A stretch of DNA of 64,000 nt from Gemmatimonadota bacterium (GCA_965116475.1 OZ220691.1:1312001-1376000), one strand, 5' to 3'. Positions 48,201 to 58,344 are shown, counted from the first letter of the stretch. Numbers and translations: made by a program. The notes: generated by a model from the letters alone, not told the origin.

Positions 48201-49196
48201 TCAGGATCCGATGCTCCTTCCGAGTCTCGGGTTGTCAATGAAGGAGGCCTCAAGGGAGTTGCGGGCGAGCGTTTCGACGTCGTCGGTCGAGAGGTCGACG
48301 GCTTCGGCGACGCGGCGGAAGTTCTCGTTGATGTAGCCGCCGAAGTAGGCGGGGTCGTCGGAGTTCACGGTCGCCAGGAGGCCCAGGTCGAGCATGCGCT
48401 TGATCGGGTGCGCCGCCAGGTGCTCCACCACGCCGAGTTCGAGGTTCGACAGGGGGCACACGGTGAGCGGGATGCGGTCGTCGCGCAGGCGGGCGACCAG
48501 CGCCTCGTCCTCCAGGGCGCGGTTGCCGTGGTCGATGCGTTCGACGCCGAGGATGTCGAGCGCTTCCCACACGTACTCCGGCGGACCCTCCTCGCCGGCG
48601 TGGGCCACGAGCCGCAGCCCCATGTCGCGCGCCGCCTCGAACACGCGCGCGAACTTCGAGGGCGGGTGGCCGACCTCGCTCGAGTCCAGGCCCACGCCCA
48701 GCAGCCGATCCCGGTAGGGTTCCGCGGCTTCGAGCGTCTCGAACGCTTCCCTCTCGGTGAGATGCCGCAGGAAACAGAGGATGAGAGCGACGCTGACCCC
48801 CCGCTCCCGTGAGCGGTCCATGGCCCGCTCGAGGCCGTCCATCAGCGTTCGCAGCGGCACGCCCCGTCCGGTGTGCGCCTGCGGGTCGAAGAACATCTCG
48901 ACGTGGACGACGTTGTCCGCCGCCGCCCGCCGCAGGTACGCGTCGGCGAGTTCGAAGAAGTCCTCCTCCGTCCGCAGGACGCTCATCCCCTCGTAGTAGA
49001 GGTCGAGAAACTCCTGGAGGTTGCGGAACGAGTAGACCCGCTCGACCTCCTCGACGCGGCGGTATGGGATCGACACGCCGTTCCGGCGAGCCAGCTCCAA
49101 CATCATCCGGGGCTCCAGCGAACCCTCGACGTGGATGTGGAGTTCCGCCTTGGGCGTCCTCCGGATGACCTCGTTCAGGCTTCTCACGATGCGCAT
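48201..49196 (-). CDS. Adenine/adenosine deaminase
   Basis: PKAELHIHVEGSLEP, GLDSSE, HAGEEG, RIDHG, CPLSN, NSDDPAYF. Confidence 0.93.
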   Translation of the reverse strand: MRIVRSLNEVIRRTPKAELHIHVEGSLEPRMMLELARRNGVSIPYRRVEEVERVYSFRNLQEFLDLYYEGMSVLRTEEDFFELADAYLRRAAADNVVHVEMFFDPQAHTGRGVPLRTLMDGLERAMDRSRERGVSVALILCFLRHLTEREAFETLEAAEPYRDRLLGVGLDSSEVGHPPSKFARVFEAARDMGLRLVAHAGEEGPPEYVWEALDILGVERIDHGNRALEDEALVARLRDDRIPLTVCPLSNLELGVVEHLAAHPIKRMLDLGLLATVNSDDPAYFGGYINENFRRVAEAVDLSTDDVETLARNSLEASFIDNPRLGRSIGS

Positions 49197-49304
49197 CTGG
49201 TGGCCTCTCGTGACGACGGGGTAGGTTGGATCGTCGAACTCATGCAGGGGCCGGCGGTCCGTGACCAGGCCCCCGCCCGGATAACGCCCGACTGGACATG
49301 TCCC

Positions 49305-50690
49305 ATGAGCCAACCCCGCGATAACTGGAGTTCGAACGTCGGTCTCGTGCTGGCCGCAACCGGCAGCGCGATCGGCCTCGGCAACCTGTGGAAGTTCCCG
49401 TTCATCACCTGGGAGAACGAAGGAGGCGCCTTCGTTCTCGTCTACCTGGTCTGCATCGTTGCCGTCGGCCTGCCGATCATGATGGCGGAACTGCTCATCG
49501 GGCGCAGGAGCCAGAAGAGCGCGGTCGGTGCGCTCAAGGAGGCGGCCGGACCCTGGTGGGGCGTCGTCGGCGGATGGGGCGTGCTCGCCGGGTTCATCCT
49601 CCTCAGCTACTACACGGTCATCGCGGGCTGGTCGCTGTACTACTTCGCCCAGTCCATCGGCTGGACCTTCGGCGGCTATCCCACCGGGATGGCGGCGGGC
49701 GACCTCTTCAACGAGCAGGTGGGGAACGCCGGCCTCCAGCTCGCGCTCTCGCTCAGCTTCAGCATCGGCACGATCGCGGTCGTCTACTTCGGCGTGAGCA
49801 AGGGGATCGAGCGGATCGCCCGCATCTTCCTCCCCATCCTGTTCGGAATCCTCCTCCTCCTTCTCGTCAGCGCGCTGGGCATGAACGGGTCCGGCGAGGC
49901 GCTGCGTTTCATCTTCCGCGCCAACTTCTCGGAGCTGGAGATGAGCGGGGTGCTCGAGGCGCTGGGACACTCCTTCTTCACCCTCTCCCTCGGGATGGGG
50001 GCGATGATCACCTACGGCTCCTACATCTCGCGCAAGCATTCGATCGTGAAGGCGTCGGGCGCGATCGTGGCGCTGGACACGCTGATCGCGCTCGTGGCGA
50101 CCGTGATCATGTTCTCCGTCATCTTCTCGGTGGCGGGGATGAGCGACCAGGTGAGCGGTTCGCCGGTGGGGATGCTCTTCATCTCGCTACCGGAACTGTT
50201 CTACACCGCGGTGCCGTTCGGAACCGTGCTGGGGCCGCTCTTCTACCTGCTCGTGGCGCTGGCGGCGCTGACCTCGACAATCTCCCTCCTCGAGGTCGTG
50301 TCGAGCTACGTCATCGACGAGCACGGCATCCCTCGACACAAGGCGACGGTCATATGCGGCGCGGCGATCTTCGTGTTCACGATCTTCGCGGCGCTCTCGT
50401 TCACCGGTACGCCGTTCCTCGCCACGCTGGAGATCTTCGCCGGGAAGGTGGGCTGGTTCTCCACGGTCGACCACTTCGTGTCCAACTGGATGCTGCCGAC
50501 CGGCGGATTCGCGATCACGCTCGCGGCGGGCTGGTTCATGACGCGGAACGCGACGCAGCGGGAACTCGTGGACGGCACGGAGCCGCGCTGGTTCCACTAC
50601 GGGTCGTGGCGCTTCTTCATCCGCTGGGTGGCGCCGCTCGCGGTAGGGGCGATCATCGTGGCGGTCATCCTGGGCCGCGACTTCAGCTGA
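49305..50690 (+). CDS. Sodium-dependent transporter (NSS/SNF family)
   Basis: GSAIGLGNLWKFP, GGAFV.VY, FFTLSLGMG.MITYGSY. Confidence 0.93.
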   Translation: MSQPRDNWSSNVGLVLAATGSAIGLGNLWKFPFITWENEGGAFVLVYLVCIVAVGLPIMMAELLIGRRSQKSAVGALKEAAGPWWGVVGGWGVLAGFILLSYYTVIAGWSLYYFAQSIGWTFGGYPTGMAAGDLFNEQVGNAGLQLALSLSFSIGTIAVVYFGVSKGIERIARIFLPILFGILLLLLVSALGMNGSGEALRFIFRANFSELEMSGVLEALGHSFFTLSLGMGAMITYGSYISRKHSIVKASGAIVALDTLIALVATVIMFSVIFSVAGMSDQVSGSPVGMLFISLPELFYTAVPFGTVLGPLFYLLVALAALTSTISLLEVVSSYVIDEHGIPRHKATVICGAAIFVFTIFAALSFTGTPFLATLEIFAGKVGWFSTVDHFVSNWMLPTGGFAITLAAGWFMTRNATQRELVDGTEPRWFHYGSWRFFIRWVAPLAVGAIIVAVILGRDFS

Positions 50691-50709
50691 CGGGACGGCG
50701 TTCGGCGCT

Positions 50710-52299
50710 GTGGCGGGGGGCGCTCTGAGGCGGGGGCGGGCCGGCGCGGTTGCGCTGGCCGGAAGCGTCCTCCTCGGCGGCTGCGGCGCCCCATCCGCCT
50801 CGTCCGCGGGCGGCGACGGCGAGGGGGGTGGCGAGGACGGGAACCGACCGGAGATCGGCCGCGAGCAGGTCGTCGAGGGGCTGGCCCGGGGCTGGTTCCC
50901 GGGCCGCGTGGGCGACATCGCGGTGATCCCCGATCCGCAGGCGATCATCACGTACGGGGGCGAGAGCAACCGGTACATGCACGGCGGGCCGTGGTCGCAC
51001 GACAGCGACGTCCCGCTGCTTCTCCACGGGCCGGGCATCTTCCGGCCCGGCATCTACGGCGCGGCGGCTTCCCACCAGGACATCGGCGCGACCGTGACGG
51101 AACTGCTCGGACTTCCGCCCTGGCCCGGCGCGACGGGACGTCCGCTGAGCGAGGCGTTCGCGGGCGGAGCGGAGGCCGGGCGACCGGGGCTGGTCGCCGT
51201 CCTCGTGCTGGACGCGCTGCGCTCCGACTACCTGGAACGCAAGGCGGACCTCCTCCCCAACCTGGGCCGGTTCGCGGAGGAGAGCGCCCGCTTCGCCAGT
51301 GCCCGGGTCGACTACCTCCCGACGAACACGTCCACGGCGCACTCGACGATCGCGACGGCGACGGACCCCGCGATTCACGGGATCGTCGGCAACGGGCTCT
51401 ACGACCGGCGGATCGGTGAATCGAAGCTGGCCTACGAGGGAGTGGCGCCCTACAACCTCATGGCGCTCACGTTCGCGGACCGCTGGAGCGCGGCCACCTG
51501 GGGGCGCGCCGAGATCGTGGCGCAGGCGGGGACGGACTACCCGGCGGTGGCGCTCGCGGGGCACGGGGCGTGCATCCTGGGTGGCCACCCGCCGTGGATG
51601 GCGTACTACGACTCCGACAGCGGCGCGTGGCGCACGAACGAGGACTGCTACCGCCTGCCGGCCGCCGTCGCGGCGCTCCATTTCGGCCCCCGGCTCGACG
51701 CCGTCGACCGCCTCTGGCTGGGCCATGAACTCGACAGTTTCGGCGAGGCCCGGCGCTCGTCGCTCTTCTCCGCGTTCGAGGGGGAGGCGGCGGTCGCCCT
51801 GATCGAGGGGAGCGCTTTCGGCGAGGACGACATCGCGGATCTCTTCCTCGCCAACCTGAAGAGCACGGACTACGTGTCGCACAAGTACGGCCCCTTCTCG
51901 CTCGAGATGGATGCGACGCTGGCGGAACTCGACGGCTGGCTCGGCCGGATCGTGGCGGCGCTCGAAAGGAAGGCCGGGCCGGGCGGGCTGGCCCTGATCG
52001 TGACGGCGGACCACGGCATGCCGGACGCCCCGGCGAGCGACGACCTGTGGGTCACGTACGACGACGTGACGGCGTGGCTGAACGAGCGTGTGGACCCCGG
52101 CGGCCCGGGCGTGGTCGCGTACTTCGAGGGGTCCGAGAATCAGATGTTCCTCGACCACGCACGGCTGGAGGCGCTCGGGCTGACACCCGGCGACATCGCC
52201 CGGACGCTGGAGGAATCCCCCGTCGTGGGCTTCGCGATTACGGCCGAAGAAGTGCGACGGGCCTTGCCTGCGCGCGCGAGTGAACGAGTGAACGAGTGA
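50710..52299 (+). CDS. Alkaline phosphatase superfamily lipoprotein (PafA/NPP-like)
   Basis: Lipobox LGGC; VLDALRSDY, PTNTSTAH, TDYVSHKYGP, TADHG; HGGPW..D..VPL block is N-terminal. Confidence 0.82.
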   Translation: MAGGALRRGRAGAVALAGSVLLGGCGAPSASSAGGDGEGGGEDGNRPEIGREQVVEGLARGWFPGRVGDIAVIPDPQAIITYGGESNRYMHGGPWSHDSDVPLLLHGPGIFRPGIYGAAASHQDIGATVTELLGLPPWPGATGRPLSEAFAGGAEAGRPGLVAVLVLDALRSDYLERKADLLPNLGRFAEESARFASARVDYLPTNTSTAHSTIATATDPAIHGIVGNGLYDRRIGESKLAYEGVAPYNLMALTFADRWSAATWGRAEIVAQAGTDYPAVALAGHGACILGGHPPWMAYYDSDSGAWRTNEDCYRLPAAVAALHFGPRLDAVDRLWLGHELDSFGEARRSSLFSAFEGEAAVALIEGSAFGEDDIADLFLANLKSTDYVSHKYGPFSLEMDATLAELDGWLGRIVAALERKAGPGGLALIVTADHGMPDAPASDDLWVTYDDVTAWLNERVDPGGPGVVAYFEGSENQMFLDHARLEALGLTPGDIARTLEESPVVGFAITAEEVRRALPARASERVNE

Positions 52300-52313
52300 A
52301 AGGGAGCGTGTCG

Positions 52314-53816
52314 ATGCTGAACCGGCGAACCTTCCTGAAGACCGGCGCGCTCTCCGCCGCCGCGCTGGCGACCCGTGCGGACTCCCTCCTGGCGGCTCCC
52401 TACGACCCTCTTCACGACCCTCTTCCCCGCAACCGGACCGCGAACCCGATTCGCGTGCGGGGGATGGTCCGCGCGGGGGGCCGCGCCGTGGGGCGGGTCG
52501 CGGTCTCCGATGGACTCCAGGTCGTGGATTCCGACGCGGATGGCCGCTTCGAACTCGTGACCTCGGCCGACCGGGGCTTCGTCTGGGTTCGGGTCCCGGC
52601 CGGATACGAGGTTCCAACCAATCCATCCGGCACCGCGCGCTTCTACGAGCGCATCGACGCCTCGCGAAGCGAGATGTCGGTCGCGTTCGATCTCTCGCCG
52701 CTCGACGTCTCCGACGAACGGCACACGCTCCTGCTCCTCGGCGACATCCAGACTGAGACCGAAGAGGAGATGGGGTGGTTTCACGAACGCTCCGTCCCGG
52801 ATCTTCAGCAGACGGTGCGGGAGTTGGGCGACACGCACGTCTTCGGCATCTCCGACGGCGACATCATGTACGACCGTCTCGAGCTCTATCCTGAGTACGA
52901 GCGGGGCGTACACAGGATCGGCGTTCCGTTCTTCCAGGTGATCGGGAACCACGACCTCGACATGGAGAGCGCCACCGACGAGGCTTCCTCGGACACCTTC
53001 TCGCGCCACTTCGGGCCGCGCTACTACTCGTTCGACCGCGGGGCCGTCCATTACGTGGTGCTCGACGACGTGTTCTGGCACGGGAGCGGATACCTCGGTT
53101 ACCTGGACGCGGACGCGCTGACCTGGCTGGCGGCGGATCTGAGCCGCGTGGAGGCGGGGGCGCCGGTCATCGTGGCCACGCACATTCCGGCCCTCGGGAG
53201 CAACCACGTTCGGCGCGGCCTGACCTCCCCGGACCCACCCGGCGCGATCATGAATCGCGACGCGCTCTATCGGCTGCTGGAGCCCTTCCAGGCGCATATC
53301 CTCACGGGCCATACGCACGAGCTGGAGCACGTGTTCGAAGCGGGGACGCACGAGCATGTGGCGGGTGCGATCTGCGGGGCGTGGTGGAGCGGGCCGATCT
53401 GCTGGGACGGCGCCCCGAACGGCTACTGCGTGTACGAGGCCGCGGGCGAGGAGATCTCGTGGCGCTACAAGTCGACAGGTTTCGACGCGTCGCACCAGAT
53501 GCGGCTGTACGCGCCCGGGGCCGACCCGGCCGCGCCGGGGGCGGTCGTCGCGAACGTGTGGGACTGGGACCCGGAATGGACCGTGCGCTGGTTCTCGGAC
53601 GGCGAGCCCCGCGGGCTGATGACGCGACGAAACGGACGGGACCCGCTCAGCGTCGAACTGCACACGGGCGAGGACCTTCCACCGCGCCGATCGTGGGTCG
53701 AGCCGCGCATCACGAGCCACATGTTCTACGCGCCCGTCGAACCCGGCGTGGAGGCGGTGCGCGTGGAGGCCACGGACCGTTTCGGCCGCGTCTACTCGGA
53801 GCGCCTGGCGTTGTAG
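52314..53816 (+). CDS. Tat-exported calcineurin-like metallophosphoesterase
   Basis: RRTFLK; GDIQ, GDIMYD, GNHD, GHTH, GAWW.G. Confidence 0.9.
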   Translation: MLNRRTFLKTGALSAAALATRADSLLAAPYDPLHDPLPRNRTANPIRVRGMVRAGGRAVGRVAVSDGLQVVDSDADGRFELVTSADRGFVWVRVPAGYEVPTNPSGTARFYERIDASRSEMSVAFDLSPLDVSDERHTLLLLGDIQTETEEEMGWFHERSVPDLQQTVRELGDTHVFGISDGDIMYDRLELYPEYERGVHRIGVPFFQVIGNHDLDMESATDEASSDTFSRHFGPRYYSFDRGAVHYVVLDDVFWHGSGYLGYLDADALTWLAADLSRVEAGAPVIVATHIPALGSNHVRRGLTSPDPPGAIMNRDALYRLLEPFQAHILTGHTHELEHVFEAGTHEHVAGAICGAWWSGPICWDGAPNGYCVYEAAGEEISWRYKSTGFDASHQMRLYAPGADPAAPGAVVANVWDWDPEWTVRWFSDGEPRGLMTRRNGRDPLSVELHTGEDLPPRRSWVEPRITSHMFYAPVEPGVEAVRVEATDRFGRVYSERLAL

Positions 53817-53903
53817 ACCTCGGACTGCGGGCTCATGTTGCGGGGACGGGGCGGCCGGAAGCGTCGGCCGTCCGCATGCTGACCCGGGCCCGGAGATGTC
53901 GCC

Positions 53904-56006
53904 ATGACCCAGCCACGCCCGCGCTTCCGTCCGTCCCTCCTCCCCTTCGTCACCTCGACGTTGCTCGTCGCGAGCGCCTGCGCGCCCCCGCGGATGACCA
54001 TGGAGCAGGCGTGCGCGGATCCCGCCAACGAGATCGTGGCGGAGAACTGTCTCGAGGGTCATCCACCCACGGAGTGGGACATCAACGGCTACGGCGATCC
54101 GAGCATCCAGGGGTTCGGAACCGACATCTCGATCCACCGGGGCGAGACGATCGAGTTCAAGATCGACACGGACTCCGACGACTACCGGATCGACATCTAC
54201 CGCATGGGCTACTACGGCGGCATGGGCGCGCGCCGGGTGGATTCCTTCGCGCCTTCCGCGGCGCTGCCCCAGATCCAGCCCGAGTGCCTCCGCGCACCGA
54301 TCCCGGTGCTGGCGGAGGATGGCGGGACGGAGACGTGGCCCGCGCCGCTCGTCGACTGCGGCAACTGGGCGGTTTCGGCCTCGTGGCAGGCACCGGAGGA
54401 CGCAACATCAGGCATCTACTTCGCCCGGCTCGTGCGCGAGGACTCGATCGAGGGCTGGGTCAAGAACGATGCGTTCGAGCCCACGCCGCTCCCGCCCACG
54501 GGTGAAGACTCGCTTTGGGAGGCGCCCGGCTTCCACGCCGTGATGCGGAACCCGCTGCGCGAGGCGCGCGCCAGCCACATCTACTTCGTCGTCCGGGACG
54601 ACGACGGCGGATCCGACCTGCTCTTCCAGACCTCGGATCTCAACTGGCAGGCGTACAACCGCTATGGCGGCCACAGCGTGTACGGGCGCCTGAACCCCGA
54701 GCGTCTGCGGCTCCACGGCGGACCGCCGCGCGCGCCGAAAGTCAGCTACAACCGGCCCTTCGAGACGCGCCACTACCGCGCCGTGAACATGGTGTTCAAC
54801 TCCGAGTACCCGATGGTCCGCTGGCTCGAGCGGAACGGATACGATGTGAGTTACTCGTCCGGGGTCGACACGGACCGGCGCGGCGAGGAACTGCTCGAAC
54901 ACAAGGTCTTCCTCTCGGTGGGACACGACGAGTACTGGACGGGCCAACAGCGGCGCAACGTGGAGGCGGCGCGCGCGGCCGGCGTACACCTCGGCTTCTT
55001 CGGGTCGAACGACGTCTTCTGGAAGGTGCGCTGGGAGCCGAGCATCGATGGATCGGAGCAGCCGTACCGGACGTTCGTCACGTACAAGGAAACGCAGGAC
55101 CACCGGAAGCTCGATCCGGTCGAGTGGACGGGGCTGTTCCGCGATCACCGTTCGATCAACCCGGAGGGGCCGTGGCCGGAGAACGCGCTCACCGGCACGC
55201 TGTTCACGGTGAACGCGTGGCGGAACGATCCGCTCATGGTCGACGCCGAGTTCGCCGACCTCAGGTTCTGGCGCAATACGGAGGTTGCGCGGCTCCGGCC
55301 CGGCGAGCGCTATGTGTCGATCAAGGGCATCCTCGGCCACGAATGGGACTCGGACATCGACAACGGCTTCCGCCCGCCGGGACTGTTCCGGCTCTCCGCG
55401 ACGACGATCGACAACCTGCAGTACTGCGTCCACCCGGGCCGGGGCTGCGAGACGGGGTCGGCCACGCACAACGCGGTCATGTACCGGCACGAGAGCGGGT
55501 CGCTCATCTTCGACACGGGGACGCTGCAGTGGCCGTGGGGCCTCGACGCCCACCACGACACCGAGACGGGCGTCCCTCCCGAGCGCCAGAACGGCATGGA
55601 CACGCGGGTCGGCGTGGATCCGAACGGTCCGGATCCGGTGTTGCAGCAGGCGACGCTCAACGTGTTCGCGGACATGGGCGTGCAGCCCGCGACGATTCAG
55701 GCGGACCTCGTGCCGGCCACGGCCTCGACGGATGACGTCCCGCCGACCTCCTCCTTCGAGGCACCCTCCGGGCCCGACGCGGCGACCGGCCTCATGACGG
55801 TCAGCGGGACGGCTTCGGACGCCGGGGGCGGCGTGGTCGCCGCGGTCGAGGTGTCGCTGGACGGGGGGATGACGTGGCGCCCGGCCCGTGGCCGCGCGAA
55901 CTGGAGCTACGCGTGGGACCCGGACCTCGCCGGCGGCGACGTGTCGATCCTGAGCCGCGCCGTGGACGACAGCGGCAACCTGGAGACCCCGGACGAGGGC
56001 GGCTGA
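53904..56006 (+). CDS. N,N-dimethylformamidase beta-subunit-like domain lipoprotein with C-terminal Ig-like domain (paralogue 1)
   Basis: WQAYNRYGG, KVSYNRPF, EYPMVRWLERNGYDVSY, GHDEYW, VEVS.DGG.TW, SRAVDDSGN; lipobox ASAC. Confidence 0.75.
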   Translation: MTQPRPRFRPSLLPFVTSTLLVASACAPPRMTMEQACADPANEIVAENCLEGHPPTEWDINGYGDPSIQGFGTDISIHRGETIEFKIDTDSDDYRIDIYRMGYYGGMGARRVDSFAPSAALPQIQPECLRAPIPVLAEDGGTETWPAPLVDCGNWAVSASWQAPEDATSGIYFARLVREDSIEGWVKNDAFEPTPLPPTGEDSLWEAPGFHAVMRNPLREARASHIYFVVRDDDGGSDLLFQTSDLNWQAYNRYGGHSVYGRLNPERLRLHGGPPRAPKVSYNRPFETRHYRAVNMVFNSEYPMVRWLERNGYDVSYSSGVDTDRRGEELLEHKVFLSVGHDEYWTGQQRRNVEAARAAGVHLGFFGSNDVFWKVRWEPSIDGSEQPYRTFVTYKETQDHRKLDPVEWTGLFRDHRSINPEGPWPENALTGTLFTVNAWRNDPLMVDAEFADLRFWRNTEVARLRPGERYVSIKGILGHEWDSDIDNGFRPPGLFRLSATTIDNLQYCVHPGRGCETGSATHNAVMYRHESGSLIFDTGTLQWPWGLDAHHDTETGVPPERQNGMDTRVGVDPNGPDPVLQQATLNVFADMGVQPATIQADLVPATASTDDVPPTSSFEAPSGPDAATGLMTVSGTASDAGGGVVAAVEVSLDGGMTWRPARGRANWSYAWDPDLAGGDVSILSRAVDDSGNLETPDEGG

Positions 56007-56135
56007 ACCCGCGGGAGGACCGCCGGCGCCCGTTATGGACTGCTGGTTGTAGACTGCCGAGTGCGGCGTCATGTTGCGGGGACGCGGCGGCCGGGGGGGC
56101 CGGCCGGCGCCCGACTCTGGCCCGGAGATGTCTCC

Positions 56136-58274
56136 ATGACCGCGTCCCTGGCAACCCGTGGCAACAGCCCCGCCGCGTTCCCCACCTCCGTCGTGCTTTC
56201 GATCGCGCTCGCCGCCGCGGGCTCCGGTTGCACCCTGCAGGTCTCCGTGGGGGAAGCGTGCGCCGACCCCGCCAACGAGATCGTGGCGGAGAACTGTCTC
56301 GAGGGGCACCCGCCGACGGAGTGGGATATCAACAGCTACGGCGACCCCAGCATCCAGGGCTTCGGAACCGACATCGCGATCGCCCAGGGCGAGACGATCG
56401 AGTTCAAGATCGACACGGACTCCGACGACTACCGGATCGACATCTACCGCATGGGCTACTACGGCGGCATGGGCGCGCGCCGCGTCGATTCGTTCGAGCC
56501 GTCCGCGACACTGCCCCAGATCCAGCCCGAGTGCCTGCGGGGCCCGATCCCCGTGCTGGCCGAGGGGGGCGGGATGGAGACGTGGCCCGCACCGCTCGTC
56601 GACTGCGGCAACTGGGCGGTGTCGGCCTCCTGGCGGGCGCCGGAGGACGCGACCTCGGGCATCTACTTCGCCCGGCTCGTGCGCGAGGATCCGATCGAGG
56701 GCTGGGTGAAGAACGACCAGTTCGAGGCCACGCCCCTCCCGCCGACCGGGGAGGATTCGCTGTGGGAGGCGCCCGGCTTCCGGGCCGTGATGCGGAACGG
56801 CCTGCGCGAGCCGCGGGCCAGCCACATCTACTTCGTCGTGCGGGACGACGACGGCGAGTCCGACATGCTCTTCCAGACATCGGACCTCACCTGGCAGGCC
56901 TACAACCGCTATGGCGGCCACAGCGTATACGGCCGGCTGAATCCGGAGCGCCTCCGCCTCCACGGCGGAGAGCCGCGGGCGCCGAAAGTCAGCTACAACC
57001 GGCCGTTCGAGACGCGGCACTATCGCGCGGTCAACAAGGTGTTCAACTCCGAGTACCCGATGGTCCGCTGGCTGGAGCGCAACGGGTACGACGTCAGCTA
57101 TTCCTCGGGCATCGACACGGATCGCCGCGGCGAGGAACTGCTGGAGCACAAGGTCTTTCTCTCGGTCGGACACGACGAGTACTGGACGGGACGGCAGCGG
57201 CGGAACGTGGAAGCGGCCCGGGCCGCCGGCCTGAACCTCGCCTTCTTCAGTTCGAACGAGGTCTACTGGAAGGTGCGCTGGGAGGCGAGCATCGACGGCT
57301 CGGGCGAGCCCTACCGGACCCTCGTGACGTACAAGGACTCACAGGACCACCGGCGGCTCGACCCCGTGGAATGGACCGGCGAGTTCCGCGACCACCGTCC
57401 CATCAACGCCGAAGGGCCATGGCCGGAGAACGCGCTCACGGGGACGCTGTTCACCGTGAACGCGTGGCGGAACGACCCGATCATCGTGGACGCCGAGTTC
57501 GCCGACCTGAGGTTCTGGCGCAACACCGAGGTGGCGCGCCTCCAGCCGGGTGAGCGGTACGTGTCGATCAAGGGGATCCTCGGCCATGAATGGGACTCGG
57601 ACATCGACAACGGGTTCCGGCCGCCCGGATTGTTCCGGGTGGCCGCGACGGAGATCGACAACACGCTCTACTGCGTGCACCCGGGACGCGGCTGCGAGAC
57701 GGGCACCGCCACGCATCATGCCGTGCTGTACCGGCACGAGAGCGGCGCGCTCGTGTTCGGCTCCGGGACGCTGCAGTGGTCGTGGGGACTGGACGCGCAC
57801 CACGACACGGAGACCGGCGTGCCCCCCGAGCGGCAGAACGGCGCGGACACGCGGGTCGGCGTCGATCCGCACGGTCCCGACCTCGTCCTGCAGCAGGCGA
57901 CGCTGAACCTGTTCGCGGACATGGGCGTCCAGCCCGCCACGATGCAGCCGGATCTGGTGGCCGCCACGGCTTCGACGGATCGGGTCCCGCCCACGTCCTC
58001 CTTCGGCCCCCCCTCGGCGCCGGACGCCGAAAGCGGCAGGCTCACGATCTCGGGGACGGCGTCGGATACGGGCGGCGGCGTAGTCGCGGCGGTCGAGGTA
58101 TCACTCGATGGAGGACAGACCTGGCACCCGGCCCGCGGTCGAACGGATTGGAGCTACGAGTACGACCCCGCCGTCACCCGGGATGAGGTTTCGATCCTGA
58201 GCCGGGCCGTGGACGACAGCGGCAACATCGAGACGCCAGGCGCGACCGCCGCGGGCGGCGGCTCGGGAGACTGA
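56136..58274 (+). CDS. N,N-dimethylformamidase beta-subunit-like domain lipoprotein (paralogue 2)
   Basis: Highly similar to 53904-56006; GGAG RBS; lipobox GSGC. Confidence 0.75.
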   Translation: MTASLATRGNSPAAFPTSVVLSIALAAAGSGCTLQVSVGEACADPANEIVAENCLEGHPPTEWDINSYGDPSIQGFGTDIAIAQGETIEFKIDTDSDDYRIDIYRMGYYGGMGARRVDSFEPSATLPQIQPECLRGPIPVLAEGGGMETWPAPLVDCGNWAVSASWRAPEDATSGIYFARLVREDPIEGWVKNDQFEATPLPPTGEDSLWEAPGFRAVMRNGLREPRASHIYFVVRDDDGESDMLFQTSDLTWQAYNRYGGHSVYGRLNPERLRLHGGEPRAPKVSYNRPFETRHYRAVNKVFNSEYPMVRWLERNGYDVSYSSGIDTDRRGEELLEHKVFLSVGHDEYWTGRQRRNVEAARAAGLNLAFFSSNEVYWKVRWEASIDGSGEPYRTLVTYKDSQDHRRLDPVEWTGEFRDHRPINAEGPWPENALTGTLFTVNAWRNDPIIVDAEFADLRFWRNTEVARLQPGERYVSIKGILGHEWDSDIDNGFRPPGLFRVAATEIDNTLYCVHPGRGCETGTATHHAVLYRHESGALVFGSGTLQWSWGLDAHHDTETGVPPERQNGADTRVGVDPHGPDLVLQQATLNLFADMGVQPATMQPDLVAATASTDRVPPTSSFGPPSAPDAESGRLTISGTASDTGGGVVAAVEVSLDGGQTWHPARGRTDWSYEYDPAVTRDEVSILSRAVDDSGNIETPGATAAGGGSGD

Positions 58275-58303
58275 CCCTCCCCGCGCCGTGCTGCCTGAAG
58301 ACG

Positions 58304-58319
58304 CGTTCCCGCGGGAACG
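58304..58319. repeat. Solitary palindrome CGTTCCCGCGGGAACG
   Basis: Identical to the core palindrome of the HNH elements; between convergent genes. Confidence 0.85.
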
Positions 58320-58344
58320 TCGGGGGCGACCCGCCTTCGGCCAG

